From Bosea sp. (in: a-proteobacteria) (GTDB taxonomy: Bacteria > Pseudomonadota > Alphaproteobacteria > Rhizobiales > Beijerinckiaceae), in NCBI GenBank assembly GCA_031412095.1, contig JANOCI010000015.1:22636-86635 (forward strand): 64,000 nt of DNA, read 5' to 3'. How positions within the stretch are numbered: position 1 is the stretch's first letter; every line of letters starts with the position of its first letter. A model generated the notes under the pieces. That model saw nothing but the letters and a program-made list of their open reading frames with translations. It did not search any database and had not been told where the DNA came from. This document shows, one piece after another, positions 10,215 to 19,382 of the stretch. Made by a program: the position numbers and the translations under genes.

Positions 10215-11081
10215 TCACATCCCGCCTGTCACGCCCTTGGGCGGCGGCATGTCGTCGGGCACGAAGAAGTCCGGCGCGAGCGGCTTGGCGGGGTCCACGC
10301 GGTATTGCAGGAAGTCGGTGACGCCTTCGGAGGCGAGGAACGTATCGTCGATCAGGAAATTGCCGCTGAATTCGCGCGAGTCCTTAACGAAGATGGCGTG
10401 CGCCGCGTCCGCCATGATCTCCGGCGTGCGGCTCATCTGCATGAGTTCGTCGCCGACCACATACTTGATCGCGCTGGTGGCGATGGTCGTGCGCGGCCAG
10501 AGCGCGTTGACCGCGATGCCATGGCGGCGAAACTCGCCTGCGAAGCCCAGCACGCACATGCTCATGCCATACTTTGCCATCGTGTAGGCGACGTGCGGCG
10601 AGAACCACTTCTCCTTCATGTCGAGCGGCGGCGAGAGCATCAGCACATGCGGGTTGGCGGCCTTCGCCAGATGCGGCATGGCGTGCTTCGTCGTCATGAA
10701 CGTGCCGCGCGTGTTGACCCCGTGCATCAGGTCGTAGCGCTTCATGTCGGTGGCGGCGGTCGGCGTCAGCTGGATGGCGGATGCGTTGTTGACCAGGATG
10801 TCGATGCCGCCGAACGTCTCGACCGTGCGCGCGATGGCCGATGCGACCTGGTCCTCCTCGCGCACGTCCATCTGGATCGCAAGCGCCCGCCCGCCGGCGG
10901 CCTCGATCTCGCGGGCCGATTCATGGATCGTGCCGGGCAGCTTGGCGTGCGGGTCGGAAGTTTTCGCGGCGATCGCCACGTTCGCCCCGTCCCGGGCGCA
11001 GCGCAGGGCGATGGCGAGGCCGATCCCGCGCGAGCCGCCGGTGACAAAGACGGTTTTTCCAGCCAGCGGACTGCTGCTCAT
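10215..11081 (-). CDS. SDR-family NAD(P)-dependent oxidoreductase
   Basis: TGGSRGIG cofactor motif, NNAS, and a YxxxK-type active-site region (YTMAKYGM). 288 aa. Confidence 0.85.
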   Translation of the reverse strand: MSSSPLAGKTVFVTGGSRGIGLAIALRCARDGANVAIAAKTSDPHAKLPGTIHESAREIEAAGGRALAIQMDVREEDQVASAIARTVETFGGIDILVNNASAIQLTPTAATDMKRYDLMHGVNTRGTFMTTKHAMPHLAKAANPHVLMLSPPLDMKEKWFSPHVAYTMAKYGMSMCVLGFAGEFRRHGIAVNALWPRTTIATSAIKYVVGDELMQMSRTPEIMADAAHAIFVKDSREFSGNFLIDDTFLASEGVTDFLQYRVDPAKPLAPDFFVPDDMPPPKGVTGGM

Positions 11082-11935
11082 GGCGTGATCTCCTCGTAGG
11101 CTTGCGTGAAACGCGCCGGCTGGCTGCCGTCATCGTCGGTGAAATGATACGCCTTCGCCAGATCGGCGACGTGCAGGATCTGGCCGGAATGGCGCATGAC
11201 TTCGGCGTCCGCAGCAAGCGAAGCCACCGCCCGCCCGGCATAGCGCGGCGTCTCGGTGGCCTCCTGCCCCTGGCCGGCTTCGATCACGCGCTCGGTGCGC
11301 ACGAAGCCGGGCGACAGCGCAAGCGCGGTGACGCCATAAGGCCTGAGCTCTGCGGCCATCGCCAGCGACAGCCGGTTCATCGATGCCTTCGCGACATCGT
11401 ATACGACGTCGCCGAGGTAGCCCGGCGCGGTGTCGAAACTGATGGTGACGATCAGGCCCCGCTTCGCCGCGACCATCGCGGGGGCCACGGCGCGCGAGGT
11501 CAGAAACTGCGCGTAAAGGCCCGTCTCCAGCGCCTTGCCGAGCATCTGCGGCCCTCGGCGCCAGAATGGCGTGCCGAACTGCGACCCGTCCGCGTGCCGG
11601 ACTCCGTCGAAGCCTTCGTTGCCGCCCCAGACCGCGTTGACGAGCAGGTCGATGCGGCCGAAGCGCCGCAAGGCCCATGACACAAGCGTGTCGACCTCGC
11701 GCTCCCTGGTGTGGTCGCAGACATAGTGATGGCCATGGCCGCCGGCGGCGTCGACCTCGCGGGCCGCATCCTCGATCACCTCGCTGCGCTGATCCGTGCG
11801 CGGCCCGGCTTCCGTCGAGCGTCCGGTCACGATCACCGTGGCTCCGGCTTCGCCAAGCGCCCGCGCCACGCCGCGCCCGACGCCGCGCGAGGCTCCGGCG
11901 ACCAGACAGACATATTTATCAACTAGAGCTATCAT
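11078..11935 (-). CDS. SDR-family oxidoreductase (atypical GASRGVG motif)
   Basis: VAGASRGVGRGVA Rossmann motif and YDVAKASM active-site region. Its stop overlaps the next SDR start (ATGA). I prefer ATG 11935 (MIALVDKY...); the alternative is 11971. Confidence 0.8.
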   Translation of the reverse strand: MIALVDKYVCLVAGASRGVGRGVARALGEAGATVIVTGRSTEAGPRTDQRSEVIEDAAREVDAAGGHGHHYVCDHTREREVDTLVSWALRRFGRIDLLVNAVWGGNEGFDGVRHADGSQFGTPFWRRGPQMLGKALETGLYAQFLTSRAVAPAMVAAKRGLIVTISFDTAPGYLGDVVYDVAKASMNRLSLAMAAELRPYGVTALALSPGFVRTERVIEAGQGQEATETPRYAGRAVASLAADAEVMRHSGQILHVADLAKAYHFTDDDGSQPARFTQAYEEITP

Positions 11936-11937
11936 CA

Positions 11938-12381
11938 CTAATTGTTTAGCGGCGGCAGCTCGTGCTGCCATGCAAGCAAAACAAACGAACCAATTGCGTG
12001 AATCATATATGATCCCGCAGTTACAAATGAAATTATCCTCCAGTCAGTATCGCTTTCTTTTGAAATATAACCAATCATTATTATAACGATAAAAGATAAA
12101 GCAATCGTATTAATGAAATTTGCATGAAGTTTAATCTGTTCGTTTGTTATTTGTGATGTGTTTTTATCAATATATTTTTTATGTTTAAACCTAGATACAA
12201 GAAAAAATGCAACAACTAAAGTGATAATCCAAAATATAAAAAATAGTATAACACTTTCTATCAATTCTCTCTCGCTGAATTTATGCGTTGACACAGAAAT
12301 CAACGGATAAACTGTGATAAATAGAAATACATTTAATATAATTGAACTAAATGTCCAGCTTCGAAATATTGTCTGTTGCAT
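11938..12381 (-). CDS. hypothetical 4-TM membrane protein encoded by an AT-rich island (orphan)
   Basis: 147-aa ORF with ATG 12381. It starts 20 nt after the acyl-CoA dehydrogenase stop and its TAA ends 2 nt before the SDR ATG. Four hydrophobic segments. I counted 96 G+C in 12001-12360 (27%) versus 46/60 in the 12421-12480 flank. Confidence 0.6.
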   Translation of the reverse strand: MQQTIFRSWTFSSIILNVFLFITVYPLISVSTHKFSERELIESVILFFIFWIITLVVAFFLVSRFKHKKYIDKNTSQITNEQIKLHANFINTIALSFIVIIMIGYISKESDTDWRIISFVTAGSYMIHAIGSFVLLAWQHELPPLNN

Positions 12382-12401
12382 TTGAAAATCTCTCTGTTTT
12401 A

Positions 12402-14198
12402 TCAGCTCGCCAGCGCAAGCGGCGCGTCATGCACTGAGGCGGCCCCGCCCGTGACCGTGACCTCAAGCCCCTGCGCCGCCGTGAGCAGGTTCTCCGCGAA
12501 GAACCGCGCCAGCGCGATGCGCCCGGCATGGGCAGGGTTGGCGTCGCCGCCGGTCATCGCGTTGTCCGCCGCCAACGCGATGACCGCGAGGCCGGCCGCT
12601 CCCTGCGCCAGGCCGAACAGGCGCAGATAGGGCGTGGCCCCGGCCAGCGCATCGTCCGGACGGTTGCCCGCGACGGCGCCCGACATCCAGCTCGTGGCCC
12701 TGTCGAGGCACTCGTTGGCGTCGCGCATCCGGGCCGCCATCTGGCCGAAGGCCGGGTTGCGGCAGGCGGACACGGCACCTTGGGTCTTCCGCAGGCGCGC
12801 GATGGCCGCGCGCACGGTGGCGCCGCCGGCCAACGGAAGCTTGCGCTGCACAAGGTCGATGGCCTGGATGCCGTTGGTGCCCTCGTAGATCGTCAGGATC
12901 CGGGCATCGCGCATGTGCTGGGCCGCGCCGGTCTCCTCGACGAAGCCCATGCCTCCATGCACCTGGATCCCGATCGAAGCGACCTCGACGCCGATGTCGG
13001 TCGAGAAGGCCTTCGCCACCGGGGTGAGCAGCGCGCCCATCTCGGCGGCGGCTTTCCTGGCCACGGGATCGGCGACGTGATGCGCCTTGTCGAGCTCCGC
13101 CGCGGTCAGATAGCAGATGGCGCGAGACGCGTTTGTCAGCGCGAGCATCGTCATCAGGTTCCGGCGCACGTCGGCATGCTCGATGATCGGGCTCATGCCA
13201 TCTCCGGCGAAGCCCTGGCTGCGGCCCTGCCTGCGCTCGTTGGCATGCCAGAGCGCCTGCTGGTAGGCGCGGTCGGCGATCGCCACGCCTTGGATGCCGA
13301 CGCCGAGGCGCGCGTTGTTCATCATCGTGAACATGCAGGCGAGGCCGCGGTTCTCCTCGCCGATCAGGTGGCCCACCGCGCCGCCCGCATCGCCGAAGAC
13401 CATCGTGCAGGTCGGCGAGCCATGGATGCCCAGCTTGTGCTCGATGCCGGAGCAGCGCACGTCGTTGCGGGCGCCGAGCGATCCGTCCGCGTTCACCAGG
13501 AATTTAGGCACGAGGAAGAGCGAGATGCCGCGCGTGCCGGCGGGCGCGTCGGGCAGGCGCGCCAGCACCAGATGGATGATGTTGTCGGTCAGGTCATGCT
13601 CGCCATAGGTGATGTAGATCTTCTGGCCGGTGATGCGGTAGCTGCCGTCGGGCGCGCGCTCGGCCCTGGTGCGCAGGGCGCTCAGGTCCGAGCCCGCCTG
13701 CGGTTCGGTCAGGTTCATGGTGCCCATCCATGCGCCCGAGACCAGCTTTTCGAGATAGGCGTCCTTGAGAGGCTGCGCGCCATGCACGGTCAGCGCCTCG
13801 ATCGCGCCGCAGGTGAGCAGCGGGCCAAGCGCAAAGGCCAGCGACGCGGCATTCCACATTTCAAGGCACGGCGCGTTGATGAGCGCCGGCAGCCCCTGGC
13901 CGCCATATTCCTCCTTGGCGGGGAGAGCATTCCAGCCTCCTTCAGCCCAGGCGGTGTAAACCTCCTTCCAACCGGCGGGCATCGTCACCGCGCCGTCCTT
14001 GAGAGGCGTGCCCGCCTTGTCGCCAACCCGGTTGAGAGGCGCGATCCGGTCCGCGGCGAACTTGCCGGCCTCCTCCAGGATCGTCGCCACAAGGTCGCTG
14101 GAAAGCTCGGGATAGACGCCATCCCTAATGGAACGGCCAAGGCCTGCCACCGCATCGAGCGTGAACAGCATTTCCTCGACGGGTGGGCGATAGGTCAT
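12402..14198 (-). CDS. large (about 600 aa) acyl-CoA dehydrogenase
   Basis: 598 aa. ACAD N/M/C domains (LTEPQAGSDL, ...IYEGTNGIQAIDLV...) plus the extra C-terminal helical domain seen in long-type ACADs. Confidence 0.9.
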   Translation of the reverse strand: MTYRPPVEEMLFTLDAVAGLGRSIRDGVYPELSSDLVATILEEAGKFAADRIAPLNRVGDKAGTPLKDGAVTMPAGWKEVYTAWAEGGWNALPAKEEYGGQGLPALINAPCLEMWNAASLAFALGPLLTCGAIEALTVHGAQPLKDAYLEKLVSGAWMGTMNLTEPQAGSDLSALRTRAERAPDGSYRITGQKIYITYGEHDLTDNIIHLVLARLPDAPAGTRGISLFLVPKFLVNADGSLGARNDVRCSGIEHKLGIHGSPTCTMVFGDAGGAVGHLIGEENRGLACMFTMMNNARLGVGIQGVAIADRAYQQALWHANERRQGRSQGFAGDGMSPIIEHADVRRNLMTMLALTNASRAICYLTAAELDKAHHVADPVARKAAAEMGALLTPVAKAFSTDIGVEVASIGIQVHGGMGFVEETGAAQHMRDARILTIYEGTNGIQAIDLVQRKLPLAGGATVRAAIARLRKTQGAVSACRNPAFGQMAARMRDANECLDRATSWMSGAVAGNRPDDALAGATPYLRLFGLAQGAAGLAVIALAADNAMTGGDANPAHAGRIALARFFAENLLTAAQGLEVTVTGGAASVHDAPLALAS

Positions 14199-14372
14199 GA
14201 CGGTTCCTCCGGGCGCTTTTATGTTGCATCATGTGCGGAACGTCTGTCGTCCGCCTGTCAACGATTGACGCCATCATGGGCCAAAGCCTACCGAGGCGTC
14301 CAGATCATCTTGGTCCGGAGCCTCGCCGGCGCATGGCCCGGCCTGCGCTGCAGCAGGCCAAGCCCGGTCGGT

Positions 14373-14404
14373 CCACGCGAGATAGCTGCGTCCATGCGAG
14401 ATAG
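14373..14404. repeat. 12/13 direct repeat CCA(C/T)GCGAGATAG x2, 19-bp period, at the tsaC 5' end
   Basis: ccacgcgagatag at 14373-14385 and ccatgcgagatag at 14392-14404, read directly from the sequence. Confidence 0.5.
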
Positions 14405-14411
14405 TTCACAT

Positions 14412-15422
14412 ATGAACGACATGCCGTCAACCGGCGTTGGCGTCGCCGCCGCGGATAAGGCCGCCGCGACGCTCGACACCGACGTCGCGGGCATCGCCGA
14501 GGCGGCGCGCCTGCTGCGGGAGGGCAAGCTCGTGGCTCTGCCGACAGAGACCGTCTATGGGCTGGCGGCCGATGGCTCCAATGCGTTGGCCGTCGCCTCC
14601 ATCTACGCCGCCAAGGGCAGGCCGTCGTTCAATCCGCTGATATCCCATCTGCCCGACATCGCGGCGGCGCGGCGGCAGGGCATGTTCAGCGCCCAGGCGC
14701 TGGCGTTGGCGAAGGCCTTCTGGCCCGGGCCGTTGACGCTCGTCGTGCCGATTTCGCCGGACTGCACGGTGTGCGAACTGGCGCGCGCCGGCTTGGCCAC
14801 CGTCGGCCTTCGCGTGCCCGCCCACGCGGCGACGCTGGCGGTGCTCGAACAGGTGGCGAGACCGGTCGCGGCGCCATCGGCGAATCGGTCCGGCCACATC
14901 AGCCCCACCAGCGCCGAACATGTTCTCGCTGATCTGGGCGGGCTGATCGAGGCCGTGCTTGACGCGGGGCCATGCCCGGTCGGCGTCGAGTCGACCATCA
15001 TCGCCTGCCTCGGCGGAGCGCCAAGGCTGCTGAGGCCGGGCGGCGTCACGCGGGCAGAGGCCGAAGCGGCGATCGGCCAGCGCCTGTCGGAAGGGCTTAC
15101 GGGAGGGATTGCGCCGCTTTCGCCGGGGCAGCTGGATTCCCATTACGCGCCGCAAGCCAGGCTGCGGCTCGACGCCGATGGTCCCCGGCCCGGCGAGGCA
15201 TGGCTCGGCTTCGGGCCAGACCCCGACCTGTCGGCGGCGCAGGCCAGCGCGAACCTCAGCGCCGGCGGCGATCTGACCGAGGCGGCCGCACGGCTCTTCG
15301 CATGCCTGCGCGAACTGGACAGGAGCGGCGCTCAGCGCATCGCGGTCGCGCATGTGCCGCGCCAGGGGCTGGGTGAGGCGATCCATGACCGGCTCAGCCG
15401 CGCGGCTGCGCCAAGGCCCTGA
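14412..15422 (+). CDS. tsaC: L-threonylcarbamoyladenylate synthase, Sua5/YwlC long type
   Basis: LALPTETVYGLAADG, KGRPSFNPLI, WPGPLT..., SANRSGHISPT motifs plus a C-terminal Sua5 domain. In-frame ATGs lie at 14394, 14412 and 14421. The remainder of track ORF 12528..15422 is an antisense overextension. Confidence 0.85.
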   Translation: MNDMPSTGVGVAAADKAAATLDTDVAGIAEAARLLREGKLVALPTETVYGLAADGSNALAVASIYAAKGRPSFNPLISHLPDIAAARRQGMFSAQALALAKAFWPGPLTLVVPISPDCTVCELARAGLATVGLRVPAHAATLAVLEQVARPVAAPSANRSGHISPTSAEHVLADLGGLIEAVLDAGPCPVGVESTIIACLGGAPRLLRPGGVTRAEAEAAIGQRLSEGLTGGIAPLSPGQLDSHYAPQARLRLDADGPRPGEAWLGFGPDPDLSAAQASANLSAGGDLTEAAARLFACLRELDRSGAQRIAVAHVPRQGLGEAIHDRLSRAAAPRP

Positions 15423-15473
15423 GCCGCGCGGCGAAGGCAGCAGGCAGGAGACACGGGCTCAAGCTTGGCAAGC

Positions 15474-15511
15474 GCCTGCCCGGCGCGGGCGTCACGGCGC
15501 GCCGGGCAGGC
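15474..15511. terminator. perfect 14-bp GC-rich inverted repeat between convergent tsaC and doxX (possible bidirectional terminator, no U-tract)
   Basis: GCCTGCCCGGCGCG (15474-15487), 10-nt loop, CGCGCCGGGCAGGC (15498-15511). Confidence 0.4.
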
Positions 15512-15536
15512 ATCGCAGAGGTGGGCGCGGACAGGC

Positions 15537-15977
15537 TCAGTCGGCGGCGGCGATGCGATGCGCCTGAACGGACGCGCCAGGCAAGGGCGACGCCTTCAGC
15601 GCGAACGCGCCATCGCCGCCAAGGATGTGCGCGACGGAGGCCGCGACAAGGAACGCGGGGTATTCCCATCCGCCGTTGGCCGCCGTGAAGAGCCAGCCGT
15701 TCGGCGCGTGGATGAAGAACGCGCCGAGCAGCACAGGCAACAGCGCCACGGACACCCAGCGAGCTTGGAAGCCGACGACGAGGGCGATGCCGCCGATGAG
15801 CTCGGCGAGGAAGATCGGCCAGGCCAACGCCGCAGGCAGCCCGATCTTGCCGAGGAACCCGGCGAAGCCCGGCATCGTGAACACGGCGTACTTCAGCAGC
15901 GCATGGGCGATGAACATCAGGCCGAGGGAAACGCGGATCAGCGCGAGAGCGTAAGGTGCGGTGCGATGGTCGATCAT
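15537..15977 (-). CDS. DoxX-family membrane protein
   Basis: 146 aa with 4 TMs. LIRVSLGLMFIAHALLK... and ...LAELIGGIALVVG... are typical of DoxX. Confidence 0.85.
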   Translation of the reverse strand: MIDHRTAPYALALIRVSLGLMFIAHALLKYAVFTMPGFAGFLGKIGLPAALAWPIFLAELIGGIALVVGFQARWVSVALLPVLLGAFFIHAPNGWLFTAANGGWEYPAFLVAASVAHILGGDGAFALKASPLPGASVQAHRIAAAD

Positions 15978-16033
15978 GATGGATTCCTCGTGGATTTCGG
16001 GTGATTTCGATGCGCTGTTGTCTCACTTTCCAT

Positions 16034-16085
16034 CTTGCAAGGAAATGTTTTATGTTGCAGATATAATTCTGCTTTTTTGCAAGGA
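16034..16085. promoter_or_regulatory. AT-rich divergent promoter region with repeated TTGCAAGGA / CTTGCAAG palindrome (candidate LysR operator)
   Basis: TTGCAAGGA at 16035-16043 and 16077-16085 (42 bp apart). The first is embedded in the perfect palindrome CTTGCAAG (16034-16041). Lies between doxX and the LysR gene. Confidence 0.4.
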
Positions 16086-16090
16086 CCTAA

Positions 16091-16999
16091 ATGGGAAACC
16101 TGTCTTGGGACGATTTCCGGCTGATCAAGGCCATCGCCGACTCCAGCGGGCTGACGGGCGCCGCCAACATCCTGTCGGTCAACCATTCGACCGTGTTCCG
16201 CAGGCTGGGCCAGATCGAGGAGGCGGTGGGCCTGCCCTTGTTCGAGCGGCGCAAGACGGGATATGTCGCGACGCCTGCGGGCGAGGAGATGGCCGGCCTG
16301 GCAGGGCGCATGGACGACGACGTCAGCGCCTTCGCGCGCAGGATCGCGGGGCGCGAGATCGCGCCTTCAGGCGAGGTACGCATCACCACCACCGACACAT
16401 TGTTCCTGCATCTACTGATCCCGATCTTCCACTCCTTCCGCAAGGCGCATCCCAGCATCAGGCTCGACATCGTCATCGCCAATCAGGCGCTCAACCTGTC
16501 CAAGCGCGATGCCGACATCGCCATCCGCGCCAGCGACTCGCCGCCGGATACGCTCGTGGGCCGCAGGCTGGCGACGCTGGCCTGGGCCGTGTACGGGCGA
16601 AAGGACGACGCGCTGACCCAGCCCGAAGCGTATGATTCGGCCTCGCTGTTCGACCGCGACTGGGTCTGCCTGGGCGACCAGCTCGGCCATGTGAAGGCGG
16701 CGCGCTATGTCAGGGACCGCGTCTCCCCGGAGCGCATCGTGCTGAAGACATCGGCCGTGCTCGGCATCGCCGAGGCGATCGAAGGCGGCCTCGGCATCGG
16801 CCCCTTGCCGTGCTTCATCGGCGACCAGAAGCCAGGCCTGAAGCGCTTGATGGCCCCGAACCCGGATTTCGGCACGGCATTATGGCTGCTGACTCATCCC
16901 GACATCCGCCAGAGCCCCCGCATCCGCACCACCCTCGACATGCTGGCCGCCGAGATCAGCCGGCACCGCAAGCTGATCGAGGGCGAAGTGCCGCAGTGA
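16091..16999 (+). CDS. LysR-family transcriptional regulator
   Basis: N-terminal wHTH (DDFRLIKAIADSSGLTGAANILSVNHSTVFRRLGQIEEAVGLPLFER) plus a LysR substrate-binding domain. Divergent from doxX. Confidence 0.9.
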   Translation: MGNLSWDDFRLIKAIADSSGLTGAANILSVNHSTVFRRLGQIEEAVGLPLFERRKTGYVATPAGEEMAGLAGRMDDDVSAFARRIAGREIAPSGEVRITTTDTLFLHLLIPIFHSFRKAHPSIRLDIVIANQALNLSKRDADIAIRASDSPPDTLVGRRLATLAWAVYGRKDDALTQPEAYDSASLFDRDWVCLGDQLGHVKAARYVRDRVSPERIVLKTSAVLGIAEAIEGGLGIGPLPCFIGDQKPGLKRLMAPNPDFGTALWLLTHPDIRQSPRIRTTLDMLAAEISRHRKLIEGEVPQ

Positions 17000-17005
17000 C
17001 CGGGA

Positions 17006-17027
17006 CGGGCGCGCGGCCCAGCGCCCG
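17006..17027. terminator. 7-bp stem inverted repeat between convergent LysR gene and acuI
   Basis: CGGGCGC (17006-17012), 8-nt loop, GCGCCCG (17021-17027). Confidence 0.3.
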
Positions 17028-17032
17028 CAAGA

Positions 17033-18019
17033 TCACCCGATTTCGACCACCACGCGTCCCCGCACCTGTCCGGCCATGATGGCGTGGGCCGTCGCCTCGA
17101 GCTGATCGAAGCCGATCGTGGTCGTCAGGGAGGCCAGCTTGTCCTGGTCGAGATCACGCGCCAGCCGCGCCCATGCCTCGAGGCGGCGCGGCATAGGGCA
17201 CATGACCGAATCGATTCCCAGGAGCGAAACGCCCCGCAGGATGAACGGCGCGACGGACGCTGGCAGGTCCATGCCCTGCGCAAGCCCGCACGCTGCGACC
17301 GCGCCGCCATATTTCGTCATGGCGAGGACATTGGCGAGCGTGTGCGAGCCGACCGAATCAATCCCCGCAATCCAGCGCTCGCGCGCCAGCGGCTTGGCCG
17401 GCGAGGAGAGTTCGGCCCGGTCGATGACCTCCGACGCGCCGAGAGCCTTGAGGTATCCTGCCTCGGCAGGCCGCCCGGTGGATGCGAAGACATGCCAGCC
17501 GGACGCGGCCAACAGCGCAATGGCCACGGAGCCGACGCCTCCCGCAGCCCCCGTGACGGCGACGGCCCCGTCCTTGGGCTCAAGGCCCTGCCGTTCGAGC
17601 GCCAGAACAGCCAGCATCGCGGTGTATCCCGCCGTTCCGACGGCCATGGCCTGTGCGGCCGTCAGCCCCGGCGGCAGCGGCACCAGCCAGTCTCCCTTGA
17701 CGCGCGTCTTCTGCGCATAGGCGCCGAGATGCGTCTCGCCCGTGCCCCATCCATTGAGGATGACCGCATCGCCCGGCTTGAAGCCGGCATGGCTCGACGC
17801 CTCGACCACGCCGGCCGCATCGATGCCGGGCACCATGGGCCAGCGCCGGATGACAGGCGCCTTGCCGGTGATGGCGAGCCCGTCCTTGTAGTTCACGGTC
17901 GAATGCGTGACGCGGACGGTGACGTCGCCCTCCATGAGGTCCGCATCCGTCCACTGCTCGACCGCCAGGCTTTGGCCGGCATCGCCCTTGCGCACGACGA
18001 GCGCCTTGAAACTGTCCAT
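17033..18019 (-). CDS. acuI: YhdH/AcuI-type NADPH-dependent acrylyl-CoA/quinone reductase (MDR family)
   Basis: Collinear over its whole length with E. coli YhdH as I recall it ([12 protein letters not shown]..., [40 protein letters not shown]). Confidence 0.8.
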   Translation of the reverse strand: MDSFKALVVRKGDAGQSLAVEQWTDADLMEGDVTVRVTHSTVNYKDGLAITGKAPVIRRWPMVPGIDAAGVVEASSHAGFKPGDAVILNGWGTGETHLGAYAQKTRVKGDWLVPLPPGLTAAQAMAVGTAGYTAMLAVLALERQGLEPKDGAVAVTGAAGGVGSVAIALLAASGWHVFASTGRPAEAGYLKALGASEVIDRAELSSPAKPLARERWIAGIDSVGSHTLANVLAMTKYGGAVAACGLAQGMDLPASVAPFILRGVSLLGIDSVMCPMPRRLEAWARLARDLDQDKLASLTTTIGFDQLEATAHAIMAGQVRGRVVVEIG

Positions 18020-18032
18020 CCGCTTGCATCCT

Positions 18033-18064
18033 CACAAAATTGCCGGGCGGAATGTGGACCGCCC
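18033..18064 (-). terminator. possible rho-independent terminator after the MFS gene
   Basis: On the minus strand: GGGCGG-tccacatt-CCGCCC followed by GGCAATTTTGTG. Stem arms at 18045-18050 and 18059-18064. Confidence 0.35.
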
Positions 18065-18110
18065 AGCCGCCGCCAGCAAGCCGTGACGCATGCGCCCTTT
18101 GGACGAGGGC

Positions 18111-19382
18111 CTATGCCGGCTGCGGCAGCGCCGGCCTCACCACAGGCTTCTCCACGATCGGCAGGTTGATGACCGCGGAAGCGACGCCCAAAGCCACGGA
18201 CAGCCACCAGACCACGAGATAGCTGCCGGTCTGCTCGTAAAGGATGCCGCCCAGAAGCACGCCGAGGAAGCCGCCGACCTGATGCGAGAAAAAGGCGAAG
18301 CCATAGAGCATCGCCATGTACTTCGTGCCGAACATCAGCATGACCAGCGAGGAGGTCGGCGGCACGGTCGAAAGCCAGAGCAGGCCGATGGCCATGCCGA
18401 ACGCCAGCGCTGTGGCCGGCGACGGCGGAAGCAGGATGAACGCCGCAATGGCCACCGCGCGGCCAAGATAGATCCATGCCAGCAGATGCCGCTTTGGCAT
18501 GCGCTGCATCAGCCAGCCCGCGCCGAGGCACCCGAAAGCATTGGCGAGGCCGATCGTGGCGAGCGTCCACGCGCCGACCCAGGCGGGCATCTGGATGTCC
18601 TTCAGGTAGGCCGGCATGTGCACTGTCATGAAGGCGAGCTGAAAGCCGCAGGTGAAGAAGCCGAGCACCAGAAGCACGTATGAGCGATGCCGGAAAGCCT
18701 CGGCCAGCGCCTGCGCGATGCTCTGGTTCGGCATGTCGGCCGCCTTGACGACCGCAGCTTTCCCGGCTCCTGCCTTGCCGATGCCGCGCGTGGCGAGGGC
18801 CAGCGTCAGCGGCAAGGCCGCCAGCACCGTGAAGGCGAAGACCACGAGGGCCTGCTGCCAGCCGATGCTGTCGATCAGGATGTTGCCGATGGGCGGATAG
18901 AAGAACTGGCCGAACGAGCCCGCGGCCGTGCCGGCCCCCAGCGCGATCGGCTTCCACTCATCGGGAAGCAGCTTGGCGAACGCGGCCAGCACCAGGTTGA
19001 ACGAACAGGCAGACAGGCCGAAGCCGATGAGGACCCCGCCGCCAAGATGCAGCAGGCCCGGCGTCGACGCGTAGGCCATGACGACGAGGCCGAGCGCGTA
19101 CATCACCAGCCCGACGACGAAGACCCTCACGGTGCCGTACCGGTCCGCGATCGCGCCGGAGAATGGCTGGCCCACGCCCCAAAGCAGGTTCTGGATGGCG
19201 AGCGACAGCGAGAACACCTCGCGCGTCCAGCCGTATTCGGTCGTCATCGGGATCTGGAACAGGCCCGCGGAGGCGCGGGGGCCGAACGTGATCAGCGCGA
19301 CAAGGCAGCCGCAAGTGATGATGGCTTCCGGCGTGCGCCAGAACGGCGTATCGGCGCGGGCGGCTGGGCCTGATGATGACAT
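18111..19382 (-). CDS. MFS transporter
   Basis: About 12 TM segments with an MFS loop motif (GAIADRYGTVRV). ATG 19382 (MSSSGPAARAD...) preferred over track start 19484. Confidence 0.85.
   Translation of the reverse strand: MSSSGPAARADTPFWRTPEAIITCGCLVALITFGPRASAGLFQIPMTTEYGWTREVFSLSLAIQNLLWGVGQPFSGAIADRYGTVRVFVVGLVMYALGLVVMAYASTPGLLHLGGGVLIGFGLSACSFNLVLAAFAKLLPDEWKPIALGAGTAAGSFGQFFYPPIGNILIDSIGWQQALVVFAFTVLAALPLTLALATRGIGKAGAGKAAVVKAADMPNQSIAQALAEAFRHRSYVLLVLGFFTCGFQLAFMTVHMPAYLKDIQMPAWVGAWTLATIGLANAFGCLGAGWLMQRMPKRHLLAWIYLGRAVAIAAFILLPPSPATALAFGMAIGLLWLSTVPPTSSLVMLMFGTKYMAMLYGFAFFSHQVGGFLGVLLGGILYEQTGSYLVVWWLSVALGVASAVINLPIVEKPVVRPALPQPA

Noticed and set aside
11966-12409. CAGCTCG 7-mer on both sides of the AT-rich island as a possible target-site duplication
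   Set aside because: A 7-nt match is too short to distinguish from chance. No inverted terminal repeats or recombinase gene accompany it. I mention it only as a weak hint.
12528-14393. The first about 620 codons of the 964-aa plus-strand ORF 12528..15422
   Set aside because: This part is antisense to the well-supported acyl-CoA dehydrogenase and has no recognisable domain. Only the last about 336 codons (Sua5/TsaC) look like a protein, and in-frame ATGs exist at 14394-14421.
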